NCBI GenBank assembly: GCA_950097015.1
Contig: CATNEN010000025.1
Coordinates: forward strand, 7,192,001 to 7,256,000
DNA: 64,000 bases
Origin: Macrostomum hystrix
Taxonomy: Eukaryota > Animalia > Platyhelminthes
Reading direction: 5' to 3'
Position numbers and translations under genes: made by a program. A model generated the notes under the pieces. That model was given only the letters and a program-made list of their open reading frames with translations. It was not told the origin of the DNA and did not search any database. This document shows positions 11,501 to 23,100 of this stretch, piece after piece (the stretch's first letter is position 1; each line of letters starts with the position of its first letter).

Positions 11501-12823
11501 AGGTGCCGCTGCCAGCCCTGACTATTGAGCCTGGCGAGTCCGCGCGCCTCTGGGCAGCCGGGGAGCGCCCAGCCAACGGCCAGGAAGAGTCTGGCGGCAT
11601 GGACGTTGAGCTGCCAAGTGTGCGCCGCTGGGAGATCGGAAAGACTGCTCAAACTGTGCTGCTTAACGAGGAGGGTCAGGTAGAGTGCTACTCAAAAAAC
11701 CGCGATAGATTTATTATATTTTTTTCTAAAACTATGGCCTCCATGTGCGGCTATTTCTACTGTAAGTAGTAGAATAACTGAGTAGTCTGGCTTGATGAGG
11801 TTTTAATTCGTTAAGTTGCCCAAAATGCAGAAGCAAGGACTTCTGTATATATAGCTCATCTATATATGACACGGATACCGCAAACAGGCACAGACTCACA
11901 CTGGTGTGTACATGTGCCCTGATTTTCAGTGTACACTCTCTATCTATCTATTTGCAGGGGGGCCCGGGGCACTTGTCGCACAAGCGACGGAGCGGCACGC
12001 CCCCAGACCGGCGAACTAGGCGCTTTTGCGCCCATCGCGCCGCCTCCCCTGAGCAGGTACCACACACAGCAGCACAGACCAGCCGGAGAGGGCAGGAGGC
12101 ACCCAGAATAGGCAGCAGTGTCCCCCACCCCAGCCCCACACGCACATAGCAGACCAAGCCGGGGCGGAAAGCTGATAAGAAATCAGTCCTCAGGGGGGGG
12201 CCGGGTGATGAGTGTACACTTATCCAATCGCGCTGACGGAAGTCCAGAAATCGCGCGGCGGTGTACACCCGCCCCCCAGCCACCCCCGCAAGGCCTCACG
12301 CCCCAGCGCCAACGCACACAACTCACACAACGCAGAACAGGCACACAGAAAGGTAGGAGCGAAGCTATTATTTCAAGCTTTGATTGCACGAAATATGGTG
12401 CACCTCCGCCGGTCGCTACTGTCCAAACCCCCCAACAAGTCCCGAAATTAATCGTGACTTGAAGGGTGAATCGAACTAGCGTCCTTTGGAGTGCGAGGCA
12501 GCGACGTTAGCCGCTGACCCACTCGCCCCCAGTGCACAGTTTCAGTTGTGCCCTGTTTGAGCAGGTTTGCCATCAAAGGCATTAATTGTTCGACAAGCCC
12601 CGCAAAGCCTTCTCTACCCGGACATATGAATGTGGCCTCGCGTCAGATTCGAACTCAGGAGCTTTGTTGTTGGACTCGGGCGTGTCACCTACTCTACTAA
12701 ATCTCTAGCAGTAGTATATTATTTACTTACTATTTACTTTTCAACGTACAAGAATATTTCGTTTCAAATTTACAGGAACGCGCGATGCACCAGCAGAAAA
12801 CTGTGTTCAGCACGCCAAAGTAG
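2562..12823 (+). CDS. Cytoplasmic intermediate filament protein with lamin-tail domain; exons 2562-2844, 3065-3223, 5473-5598, 5856-6183, 10624(or 10648)-10763, 11434-11679, 12776-12823; head and coil 1a exons not in window
   Basis: Heptad coiled coil; coil-2 end motif LLDAKISLELEISAYKKLLDAEG; LTD exons EITAKTQYEKTYKGSVCVDECAPDG...NWRIRRTVDG...TVLLNEEGQ; terminal ERAMHQQKTVFSTPK* with no CaaX. All joins are GT-AG and in phase. Confidence 0.9.
3410..4010. repeat. 25-bp tandem repeat, about 24 copies (IF intron)
   Basis: Unit CCCATCCCAAAGATCCCTAACTTCT. Confidence 0.95.
4617..5410. repeat. 16-bp pyrimidine-rich tandem repeat, about 49 copies (IF intron)
   Basis: Unit TGTCTCATCTCTCCC(C/G/A); it produces the spurious [15 protein letters not shown] ORFs. 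Confidence 0.95.
7490..8215. repeat. C-rich 15-16-bp minisatellite (IF intron)
   Basis: Variants of CTCACTCCCTGCCCC, CTCGCTCCCTGTCCCC and CTCACTCCCTATCCCTT. Confidence 0.9.
8307..8506 (+). CDS. Candidate alternative terminal exon of the IF gene (Q/S/G-rich tail, no LTD)
   Basis: Acceptor TTTCTTGCAG at 8306, phase 1, matches the donor after 6183; reads ITTRGSGYPQQQQQIGGSKSVVYSSTASS...GGSSTNI*. Confidence 0.6.
8875..9145. repeat. 30-bp tandem repeat, about 9 copies
   Basis: Unit CTCACTCCCTGCCCCCAATCTGGCACCCAC; shares CTCACTCCCTGCCCC with the 7490-8215 array. Confidence 0.9.
9715..9817. mobile_element. 103-bp hAT-type MITE
   Basis: Imperfect TIRs CAGTGGCCCAATCAGG... / ...CCTGGTTGCGCCACTG; exact 8-bp TSD ATAGTGAG at 9707-9714 and 9818-9825. 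Confidence 0.8.
10030..10400. repeat. About 30-bp degenerate tandem repeat
   Basis: Unit AGTGGGATAAAAAGGGGATATCATTCCAAC. Confidence 0.85.
10826..11203 (-). mobile_element. tRNA-derived SINE (family B), full copy
   Basis: Head GGTGGCAGAGCGGTTAG...AGTTCGATTCC (A and B boxes); (ATT)n-like tail; exact 16-bp TSD TCCGTTAGTATGATAT at 10810-10825 and 11204-11219; homologous to 31770-32055 and 27848-27958. Confidence 0.85.
11870..12700 (-). mobile_element. Diverged family-B SINE interrupted by a second SINE (family C, about 11936-12529)
   Basis: Family-B halves at about 11870-11935 and 12530-12700. The insert has a tRNA-like head (TGGGTCAGCGG, GTTCGATTC), a (TAGA)n tail, and flanks CAGTGTACA / CAGTGCACA. 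Confidence 0.65.
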
Positions 12824-13870
12824 AACTGATGTGAAGTGACTCGGATTGTTTTACTTTAGCTAAACATTTCACCTCTTTAGTTGCGTATTGTTAAGATTAG
12901 CAACGGCAGCAGGCACTGCGAAGCTGTGTTTCACCACCACATGTAGGCTTGGTCCTATAGTAACTATACAGTAAATAGTTCACTTCTTAGTAATAAAAAA
13001 CTAGTGGTACAAAGATTCATAAAACACGCTCCTTTGCGCTACTAACGAGTAGCTTGAACGAGAATAGTTATCAAAAAATAATAAGTGATTAATATATCAC
13101 GCTGATAACAATTAACTAGACGTAGCTACACACAAGCTGGTTAAATTAGAATGTATTATCAAGTCTTGCCTCAAATTTTCAAAGCTGTCTATTTTCTTTG
13201 GCTTAAAAAAGTACATTTTCAGTCTTACATTGAAAGCTGAATTATATTTGAAGTATGAATATCAGAAGCGCCTAATTATTATTCCATTGTAATTGAAATA
13301 AAACAATGATATTTGACTGCGTTGGTTTCATTATTTAGAATTAGGAGATTTATAGCCAATCAAATTTTTTTTTATTTTTTTATGTATTTATAGAAACGTA
13401 GAAGTGAAGAAAATAATGGAAATGAACTCGATCGCACATATATACTGTACCAAAACTTTAAAGACATGCTTATTAAATCGATGCCTAACGAATAGGATAA
13501 GTGCTCTTTGGCTAAATGAGCTTTTCGGGAAAATTTTTTAGCTAAGCAACCGGCAAAAGTACTTTGAGACCAATGAGCTTTCTCACTACTAAACGATTGA
13601 AAACATGAACTTTTAAGACAGTGAAATATTTAAAGGCTAGTGAAGCATAGGCATAAACTGAACACACTTAGCCATAAAACCTCATTAACAGTTAATACAA
13701 AACAGAACGTTAAGCAAGCTTAAGAAATATTTAGAATTCGAGCAGGCTATATTGTGCTTTATTCATTTTGCAGAGTTTATCAAGAGTAAAAAATCCGTAG
13801 CTTTAGTAGAGGCAGCCGACACGAAATACTAACAAAGTTTTTTTAAGAATTCCTACACTCTGATTCGCTC

Positions 13871-16397
13871 TCAGGCGTGTGTTGTCGCGGGAGACGTGGG
13901 ACCACCACCACCGCCACCCCCGCTGCCTTTGTTTGTACTGCTGACAATGGAGACTGAAATCAATTTAGTAGAGTCTGTGGTATACCACTATTCTAGTGGT
14001 ATATTAACGAAAAAAACTAGCGCATTGACTGTTGCAGTATGAGATAGGGGAGAGATCAGACAGAAGAGATGACAGGGGGGATGAGACACGGGAGAGATGA
14101 GACACTTGAGAGGTGGGACGCAGGAAAGACGAGATAGCTATTGCGTGTCATAACCAAAGGCTATGTACACCTATTCAGTCCATGGACTTGGACTAACTTA
14201 ATAGTTATAAACGAAAGCAGTACATAAAGAAACATAAACTCACTAATGATGATGAGAATGATGATGAGCGCAACGACTCCAATAATGAGCATCATCTGCA
14301 AAAGAAGTCAGAGCAAAGGCGTTGGTTAAATATCTACAATATTTTTCATTCGTCTCTCAGATTATAATAAACTGCAGAGGACAAAGCAAACTAGATTATT
14401 TTTCGTGAAAAACGTTACACATTCACACTTGACTACTCGTTAGTCTAGTTAGTAGTCTATCTAGCACTAAACTGCATGTACAACCTTGGCATTCTGCCAG
14501 CAATATTTTCGTCGCACCCTGGACGCAGCATTAGAAAACTGCTGAGTGCCAACACGCAAATTGTCTGGCAAAAAAGGAAATAAAACGAACGCTTCATGAT
14601 TTATTCATACTACTTACTCGGCAGCATATTGAATGCGAATCATGCAAAAATATATAAAGAACAGAAAGCAGAAAAAATGTGTCCTAGAAATGGAACAAGT
14701 AGCCTATTTGGACCACATTGTGCAGCCAGTGGCACACACAATCTACGTACACATAATATTACAACCAATACTTGCTTTTTAATGGCATTAAAAATCTTTA
14801 AAAGCCGCACAAACAATTGTATTGCTTTTTTTCAAGACAATATTGGTATAATCATGCATACAGTGAATTTAGATTTACTTTGAACATTGTTGTTAACCCA
14901 ATTTAGGAAATAATTTAGAATTCATTACTCTTAAACTCAGCTAGTCCTTGAGAACAGAATCATTAGTTCAAGAGCAATTAATCAATCAATCAATCAATCA
15001 ATCGAGCAACAAAAAAACGGGCCATAAAATCCAGTCGAAGTTCAATTTTCTGCCAGACCTTGGTGTTCTGCCACCAATACTTTCGTTTAAGCCGGCCTGC
15101 GCTGGCTTCGAAGCGCGAAGCTCCCGCCTGCAGAGCGTCTGAATTTGGCGGCGGCGATGGCATCGATGGCGTGTTTTTAACGTGCACTTTTAGCCTACTG
15201 GACTAGGAGGGATAGACAACTGACTAGAGGCGAAAAAGACAACAGAATATAGGAGGAACAGACAACAAACCATAGGAGGAACAGACAATAGACCATAGGA
15301 GGAACAGACAACAAACCATAGGAGGAACAGACAATAGACCATAGGAGGAACAGACAACAAACCATAGGAGGAACAGACAACAAACCATAGGAGGAACAGA
15401 CAATAGACCATAGGAGGAACAGACAACAAACCATAGGAGGAACAGACAATAGACCATAGGAGGAACAGACAACAAACCATAGGAGGAACAGACAACAGAC
15501 TATAGGAGGAACAGACAAAAGACCATAGACAACAGAACAGACCAAATGAGAAACAGACAACAAACCATATGAGAAACAGACAACAAACCATATGAGGAAC
15601 AGACAACAAACCATAGGAGGAACAGACAATAGACCATAAGAGGAACAGACAACAAACCATAGGAGGAACAGACAATAGACCATAAGAGGAACAGACAACA
15701 GACAAAACAGCAAAACAGACACAAATCATCGAGCAGAGTATATGGCGGCAAACACCATGAGGTACTTAACTTGTAGTTAAACAACACAAATTACGTAATT
15801 ACACAATTACGTAATCCCTCCTACGTAATTACACAAATTATACAAACTAGTAGCTAGCATAGAAAATATGCAACTGTATAATTTATTAAACAGAAGTAAA
15901 ATAATTCATTTACAATCTAAAGTAAACGACAGTTATAGTAACACTTTAACCAAGCCGTGTGAGTTAGGAACTAAAGGAAAAAAATACAACGTAAGGAAAA
16001 AATGGAACACGTAATATTTATTTTTCTTACCAGCTCGATCATTGAGGTCCGTGATTTTCTCATCTCGTTGCATCACCTTCTCAACATTGACACGCATTAT
16101 GCCCACAACCTTGGAGAGTGGTGAAATTCAGGTTTGTAGATATTTAATTTGTAGGGACAACATTGGAGACGACTAATTTAAGTGGCTACAAACCTCATCA
16201 ACCTGAGCTTGAGTCTGCTGGAGACGCTTACTTGGTTCATAGCTTGGCCCAGGTCTAGAAAGGAGAAACACATTTCTAATTTAATGTCAAAGTGGCCTTT
16301 CTACGTAACTATAGGAAGACATTAAAAAATCACACAAAACCTACCTAGAACCACTGGTGCCAGCATCACCAGGTCCACCAGTTGCCCTGGAGGCCAT
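13871..16397 (-). CDS. VAMP: Synaptobrevin/VAMP R-SNARE, 135 aa; exons 16397-16345, 16254-16194, 16109-16031, 15138-15059, 14295-14244, 13953-13871
   Basis: Spliced product [12 protein letters not shown]|[26 protein letters not shown]|[27 protein letters not shown]|[17 protein letters not shown]: R-SNARE zero-layer Arg, WW motif, transmembrane helix. All introns GT-AG and in phase. Confidence 0.95.
15245..15715. repeat. 23-bp tandem repeat, about 20 copies (VAMP intron)
   Basis: Unit GGAACAGACAA(C/T)A(A/G)ACCATAGGA. Confidence 0.95.
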
Positions 16398-17012
16398 TGT
16401 TTTGGCTGAATTTTGTTCAAGTAGACAAACAATTTTTAACAACTCAGCATAAAACTATATATTCATTAACAAGATTCTCTAAGTTCTTGTTGATGGCTAG
16501 CTAGATTTAATGCACATTAATCTAATTGTTCATAAATAGCTTAAGGACCACTAGAAGATGGACAGGACACTTCATTTCTTGAAAAATTTATTAAAGGCAG
16601 ATTTTTACAGAAAAATGCAATGGTGAGATAGGAACAAATTAGCATTTTTCACATTAAAATTTTGATAACTTTTCATTGGAAGCAGATCCGATGCTGTTTT
16701 TAATATATCTGGCAAAACATGTTGCTTCACCAAATTTAAAAAAGTTTCATTCATGAATAATTGATCTAATTGTATTATATTGTTTCCAAATTTCTTAGAA
16801 AGCATATGGTAAAATTGATTAAATGTATTTGTTATAAATGGGACTTGTTTAGATGAATGAATATTTGTTATACTGTATAAAACTTTGTTAAAATGTGCCT
16901 GCCATTTCTATTACAAAATAAGTAAAATACAGCTGAGTTTAGCAAAAGAAAATAACCTGGAGTTTCATATCAAGTTCATATACAATACTCGGAAGTGTTC
17001 TTTCATTCTTTA

Positions 17013-18780
17013 TCTATATATATAAAAGTGAAAACTCTGTCTGTCTGTCTGTCTGTGTGTGTGTGTGTGTGTGTGCAACCTTTTGTCTTTATAGACGCCG
17101 AAACCGCTCAACCAAATCGCACGAAACTTTGCACATACCTAAAACCACCTACGCTGAGTGCAATAGGCTACTCAAATTCCCGAAAAATAATTTCCTTCCT
17201 GCTCAAAAGTGCAAAAAACTGCTCAAAAATCGTCAAAAAATCACTCAATTCGACATATCGTCGCCCCACTTTGTCAGATTTTCTCCAAATTTGATCCACT
17301 TACACTTTACATGTTTTCCAACAATGCTGTCAATTTTGAACATCTCTACTCAATCCAGAGCAAAGCCGCATCATCTCAAAGTGAGTCACTTTTTGTTTTC
17401 CGAGGACAGCCACCCCAACTCCCCTCCGCCACTCTGCGGGCCAAATTTTATTACAGCCACCCCCTCCCTTCCCCGGGCGCCGAAGCCTCAGACTGTACAT
17501 TGTATTTCAAGCCGTGAATGTACACAGCCCAAACCCCTAGACTGTCTACTGGCCCCCAAGCAGCACTGAGACTGAGTGCGGTGAGTGCGGTGGCGTCCCA
17601 GTGCGCAGGGCTCTCCGGTCGATATTTCTCTCCAGCCAGCCTGGGATAGAAGAAAGAGAGAGGCTGGCGATCAACTGATGGGTGGTGTCACTGCTGCTGT
17701 CTGGAGACTTTAGACAGACGCTGCCTGTGATTCCGCGTGGCACTCCTGCTGATGAGATTAATGCTTGCCTAAAATCATCTCACCTGTGGCCATCGGTTGT
17801 GAAGTTGCACCTACGAACAAACATGAGAGCTACAATTCAAGGAGACGAAACAGCTCATGAGTTCTCTGCCAATCTATTGCGAATCGGCAATGGTCTGCTG
17901 GAGATTAGCACCGAGGATGGGCAGTCATCGATCGCTACAATCGGAACCATTGTGCAGTCAGTGCAGGAGCTCAAGGCAAAAGTTTACCCGAACCTGATGG
18001 TTCGATATGCTGACGTTGACTGGCTGTCAGAGAGGGCAATTCTGTCCTAGAAATGATGCCGCCAACGAAATTAACTACCAACTGCGTTAGGAGTTGCCAG
18101 GTGCAGTTTTCACCTACAAGTCAATTGATACAACGTTGACTGATGACACCGCTGTGGAGTATCCTGTTGAGTTTCTGAACTCTCTAGATCCTCCTGGAAC
18201 TCCATCGCACAACTTGCAGCTGAAAGTTGGGGCACCAATTATGCTCCTCCGCAACCTGAATGCGCCAAGGCTGTGTAACGGCACCAGACTGATAGTCAGG
18301 CGGCTCTTCCCACACGTGATTGAGGCCACGATAATGACTGGATCTGGCAGAGGAGAGTCTGTGTTCGTTCCCCGGATTCCAATTATCCCCACGGACCTGC
18401 CATTTCAGTTCAAGCGACTGCAGTTCCCTGTGAGAGTGTGCTTTGCGATGACTATTAACAAGGCTCAGGGACAGTTGCTGAAGGTGGCTGGCATCAACCT
18501 GGAGACTCCTTGCTTCTCGCATGGGCAGCTTTATGTCGCCTGCTCCCGTGTTGGAACTCCAGCTGGCCTATTCATTTTCGCACCAAGGGGAAGAACGAAG
18601 AATGTGGTGTATCCCCAGGCCTTGAGGTGACTCGCAAGCAATTAATAGAAAAGTAGTCACGAATTGACCTTGACCTGTCTAACTCTGAACTCTGAAACAG
18701 TTTAATTTTGTTTCTTTGACATTGTTATTGTTATGCCATGGCTATTTTCCTTATGCATACGCGTGTACATGCATACTGTA
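17013..18780 (+). mobile_element. Internally deleted Helitron; 3' end not located
   Basis: A|TC start TCTATATATATAAAAGTG followed by a (TCTG)n(TG)n microsatellite, then a PIF1-family helicase C-terminal half. Confidence 0.7.
17668..18630 (+). pseudogene. Helitron Rep/Hel PIF1-like helicase fragment
   Basis: GDFRQTLPVIP, LCNGTRL and QFPVRVCFAMTINKAQGQ...HGQLYVACSRV motifs; frameshifts near 17690 and 18045 and an in-frame TAG near 18090. Confidence 0.85.
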
Positions 18781-20135
18781 TACAGAGGCAGATTTAGGGG
18801 GGGGGGGCGGAGGGGCAGTCGCCCCCCTAAATTTTAATCATGGGAATAAGATGCCCCCACCAGGGGCGCCAGTGCTGCGACTGTGCTGCGCCAGTGCTGC
18901 GACAGTTAAAAACATTTAAAGACAACAAGTAAGAAGGATTCAAAAGAGAAAAATTGGAAAGTATTGCTGTACACTTAAGATAATTGTTAACACTCTTTGG
19001 AAAGCCTATACTCAGAAATACATACATCTAATAAAGTAATCAACAAGAATAACTAAATATGCTACCTAGACTAACTAAATGTGCTACCCAGAAAAACTAA
19101 ATATGATAACTTACACCAACTAAATACTCTACCAAACTAAATACACAGCCAAGAAATTCTTTGAAATATATAAAATATATTTTCAGAGACAAATTCTAAG
19201 AAAATATTGAAATTACTTACACATTAAAATACCCTTGTAAACAACTTTTGTAGGCTATTAAAAATTAGAACTACCACAACTTTAGTTGCACATTAGGATT
19301 AAAACTTTACAAAGAAGTTAGGCCTACAACAACTTTGGTGACATCATATCCTTAGAATGATAATTAAAGAGAGAAGCATTACAAAATAACTATTTTGTTG
19401 ATTTATAATGAAGCACAATAGCCAGTCAATAGCTATGGTATAACTAACTCAAATTAACTGTTACTTTCTAATCAAGTATAAGTATATTATGAGAATTACA
19501 TATATTTTTTCATAAAAAACAACGGTCCGTGGAAATGCCGAAACTGACGAAACGGGCCGAAACAAACCGAAACGGACCGAAACGGACCGAAACGGACCGA
19601 AACGGACCGAAACAAACCGAAACGGACCGAAACGGACCGAAACAAACCGAAACGGACCGAAACGGACCGAAACAAACCGAAACGGACCAACTGGAACCTG
19701 AAAATGACAAAATTATTGATCGAGGGCAAACTATGGCTGATTAAAGCATCCGCCGTGCAAAGTGAAGCAACATCGGTGTGAGGGAGTGCGATCAATAGCT
19801 ACCGTACGTGCGATATTAGGGTGTGTGTTTTCTGTATTTTGTAATGCCGTTGCAGTTGCATATATCGAGTCGTCATTGCCTTTGTGCTTAGAATAGAATT
19901 TCAACCCTTGCTTATTGTATACTATTACGGGTCGTTTTAAAAGAAGCTTCAGTTTACATACCATACGCTTTTTCAAATCAATCGTGAGTTCTTTGTGCAA
20001 CACTTTGTTTAAACTAACTTACAGGAGCAGTTAACAAATTAAACTTACAGTATTCGATTTTGGACCGCCACGTGCAGACTATCAAATCACCAAGCCACAT
20101 TTCAATCAAGACGGTAAAGATCCTAGCAGTGTGCT

Positions 20136-23100
20136 ATGAGGATTCGGAGTCCTATGTACCCCTGCACTGGGTGTGGTCTTGAATGCGCTGACGATACAAT
20201 CTATTGTTGTGGATGCCAGTGTTGGAGCCATCGAACATGTCTTGCAATGAGCGAAGTGTTGTTTGCTAAGTGGGATTCCTCAAATGCAGACTTCCTTTGT
20301 CCCACGTGTGTCCACATCAACGATGGAGGATATGACATTCAGGGTGCTCTCTCTAGGTGAGTAAATGCTGTAGTGTGGTCTTCATATTAAATTCACAAAA
20401 TTCTATTGCTGCAGGGGCCTCGTGGCCTAATCACAGTGCTGTGCCCCACCAGATGTATATAAAATTATACATTTTGTCTATCTTAAGATTCTTCCCTTAT
20501 GACTTATGCTAGTCCCTAGGCCTATGACTTGCATCTTGATTAGAATCAAATTGATGTTCTTTGTGGTAGTGCTAGAGAGAGTAGACCTTACAAATGGTGG
20601 GCTTTAGAGTTCTGCCATAGCTATGGATATGTCTATGAGAAGTTACAGATATGGATTTTTTCATAAAAGATATGGATATGGATAGGCTATGGGAAAATTA
20701 AGAGGTTATGGATATAGATATGGATATGGGAAAATTTTAGTTATGGTGGAACTGAACTCTAGTGGGCTTCTTCATCAACAGTGATATAAAATGGTGGAAA
20801 GCATATTCTATAAAAATAGAGAATGGGGTAAAAGTCATCAACCAAACAAGAAATCAATGATTTTATATATTCAACCTTTTATTAAACTTTCAGTATGCTT
20901 CATATCAAAGTGAAGCTAACCCAAAGTTGCAGAAAGTTAATATTTTTCTTTTTGAAGAATATTGTTTTATCCAAAGCAGTTAATTAAGTTGAAAGAGGTA
21001 ATAGACCACTTTCTATCAAAACCAAGCAACAATTTTCATGCATTGTCAAGCTGAACAAAGAATCCGATGTTCTGTTTTTCATTTTGGCATAGTAAAGGCA
21101 TCATAGAACTTGAAATATCATAACAAATGAATAAAATAGTTAGGAAGAATCACATGAAAGATAAATATGACTTTCATTTCTCTTGAATGGTTTGGTTGAT
21201 GATGTTTTACCCTAAGGGCTTTTGATAAAAAAATGGGAAAAAAATATATACTGTACTTAGTAGTATAGTAGTAAGCAGTAAGTAGTTGCAAAGGAAAACT
21301 AAAACTTCAACTTCACTGTCATATGACATATTCAAGGAATTACTCATATCTGGATCATTTTTCTACATTCTCTTAATAGATTACATGCAATTCTAAATGT
21401 ATCATAAAGCTCAGATTGAGAACTGCTACAGTCTGCTATAGTGCATGATAGAAATCTTGATAAACTTGTATAAAGCATTTCCAGTGGATTTTGCAAGTCA
21501 GCTAGCTCAAATTCAACATAAAAGTTGCTACTTTCTTTTGTTTCAACAATTTCAGGCTACAGACTTCAGTGGCTATGTCTGCTAGTGAGCGCGAACAACT
21601 TCTGCTGGCGACATACTTTGTAGAACCACAACTTCAAGAGGTCATCTTTGGAAATGCTGGCACCGATAAGACTGGTACTGATGATATTGCCAAGAAGATT
21701 TTGCTGCTGTTCCAGCCATGTGTACTCAATTTGTACCACCCTGCAGCTGTTGCTGGGGATGGCAACTGTTTTTATCGTGCAGCCTCCCTGGCTCTCTATG
21801 GCACACAGGAGCACCATCTGTACCTTCGTTTGCGAATTGGGCTAGAGTTGATTGACAACAGATCATTCTATGATTTGGAAGCAGCAAACTTTACTGATCT
21901 AATAAATGACTGTCGGATCTATACACCACCATTTCTAGATGTAATGATGAGTGCTGTTACTCCTGGCTCCTATGCAGAGATGATTCACTTCTTTGCACTG
22001 AGTGCTGCCATTGGTAAAGCGATTCAGTCATATCATCCACCAAATGCTCTTATTTCTTGTGACCAGCATCCATACACACGCCTTGTGTGTGGTCGTGGTG
22101 TCCGCCGTCCATGCAGTCCGGTAATCACATTAATGTGGTCTCACTTTTCGCACGTTCCAGCCAAGGCAACTGCACTCGTTGCGAACCATGTCATTCCACT
22201 CATACGAATAGTCGATGCAACACATGAGTCACCAACAAGTGTTGAGATGGATGAGGAGGGGGCAGAGGACTATAGTGAGAACTCACGAGTTGACGACTCG
22301 AGGAATGATGGCGAAAAGGATGGTGAAGTTGGGAGTGACGAAGGTGAGTCGCATGCGAGGAGGGCTGAAGAGAAGAATGCGCAGGAAAGTGAAGAGGCAG
22401 CGAATGACAATGGTGCTGGAGTGGGGGACAAGGACAAGACGCGTTCGCAGAAGTCAAAGAAGAAGAAAGGCACAAAGAGAGAGAATGAAGCTGCAGGCGA
22501 TGATGCTGGGGTGGAGGAGAGTGGCGCTTCAAGTTCGCAGAAGTCAAAGAAGAAGAAAGGCACAAAGAGAGAGAATGAAGCTGCAGGCGATGATGCTGGG
22601 GTGGAGGAGAGTGGCGCTTCAAGTTCGCAGAAGTCAAAGAAGAAGAAAGGCACAAAGAGAGAGAATGAAGCTGCAGGCGATGATGCTGGGGTGGAGGAGA
22701 ATGGCACTTCAAGTTCGCAGAAGTCAAAAAGAAAGAAGTACAAGGACACAAGAAGAAGAGCGGACGAATCAATGAGCACCGATGATGAGAAGCAATCCAA
22801 TTCTGACTCAGATCCAAAGAATGCAAAGAGGAAGAATGATTACATCGCCGACGAGTCAAACCTGTTTACTGATTATGGAACTGATTCTAGTCTACCAGGA
22901 GGAAAATTCATGTCTGGCCAAAAAGTTTATGAGGTTTTGACTACAACCGGGATAGAGAATGCCCTAAAATCAGTTCCGACTGGAAAAAAGGACAATGTAT
23001 ACTTCGTGGTTGACAACACTGACAATATACAGCGTCGACTGGGTGGCAAGAAAAGCCTTTTTTGGGATGACTGTGGAGCGTGGGTCTCATCAAATTCGCC

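Noticed and set aside
2562-12823. Nuclear lamin call
   Set aside because: No CaaX at either C-terminus and no basic NLS between rod and LTD.
15190-15787. Hydrophobic Cys-rich ORFs resembling membrane proteins
   Set aside because: 23-bp intronic tandem repeat in VAMP.
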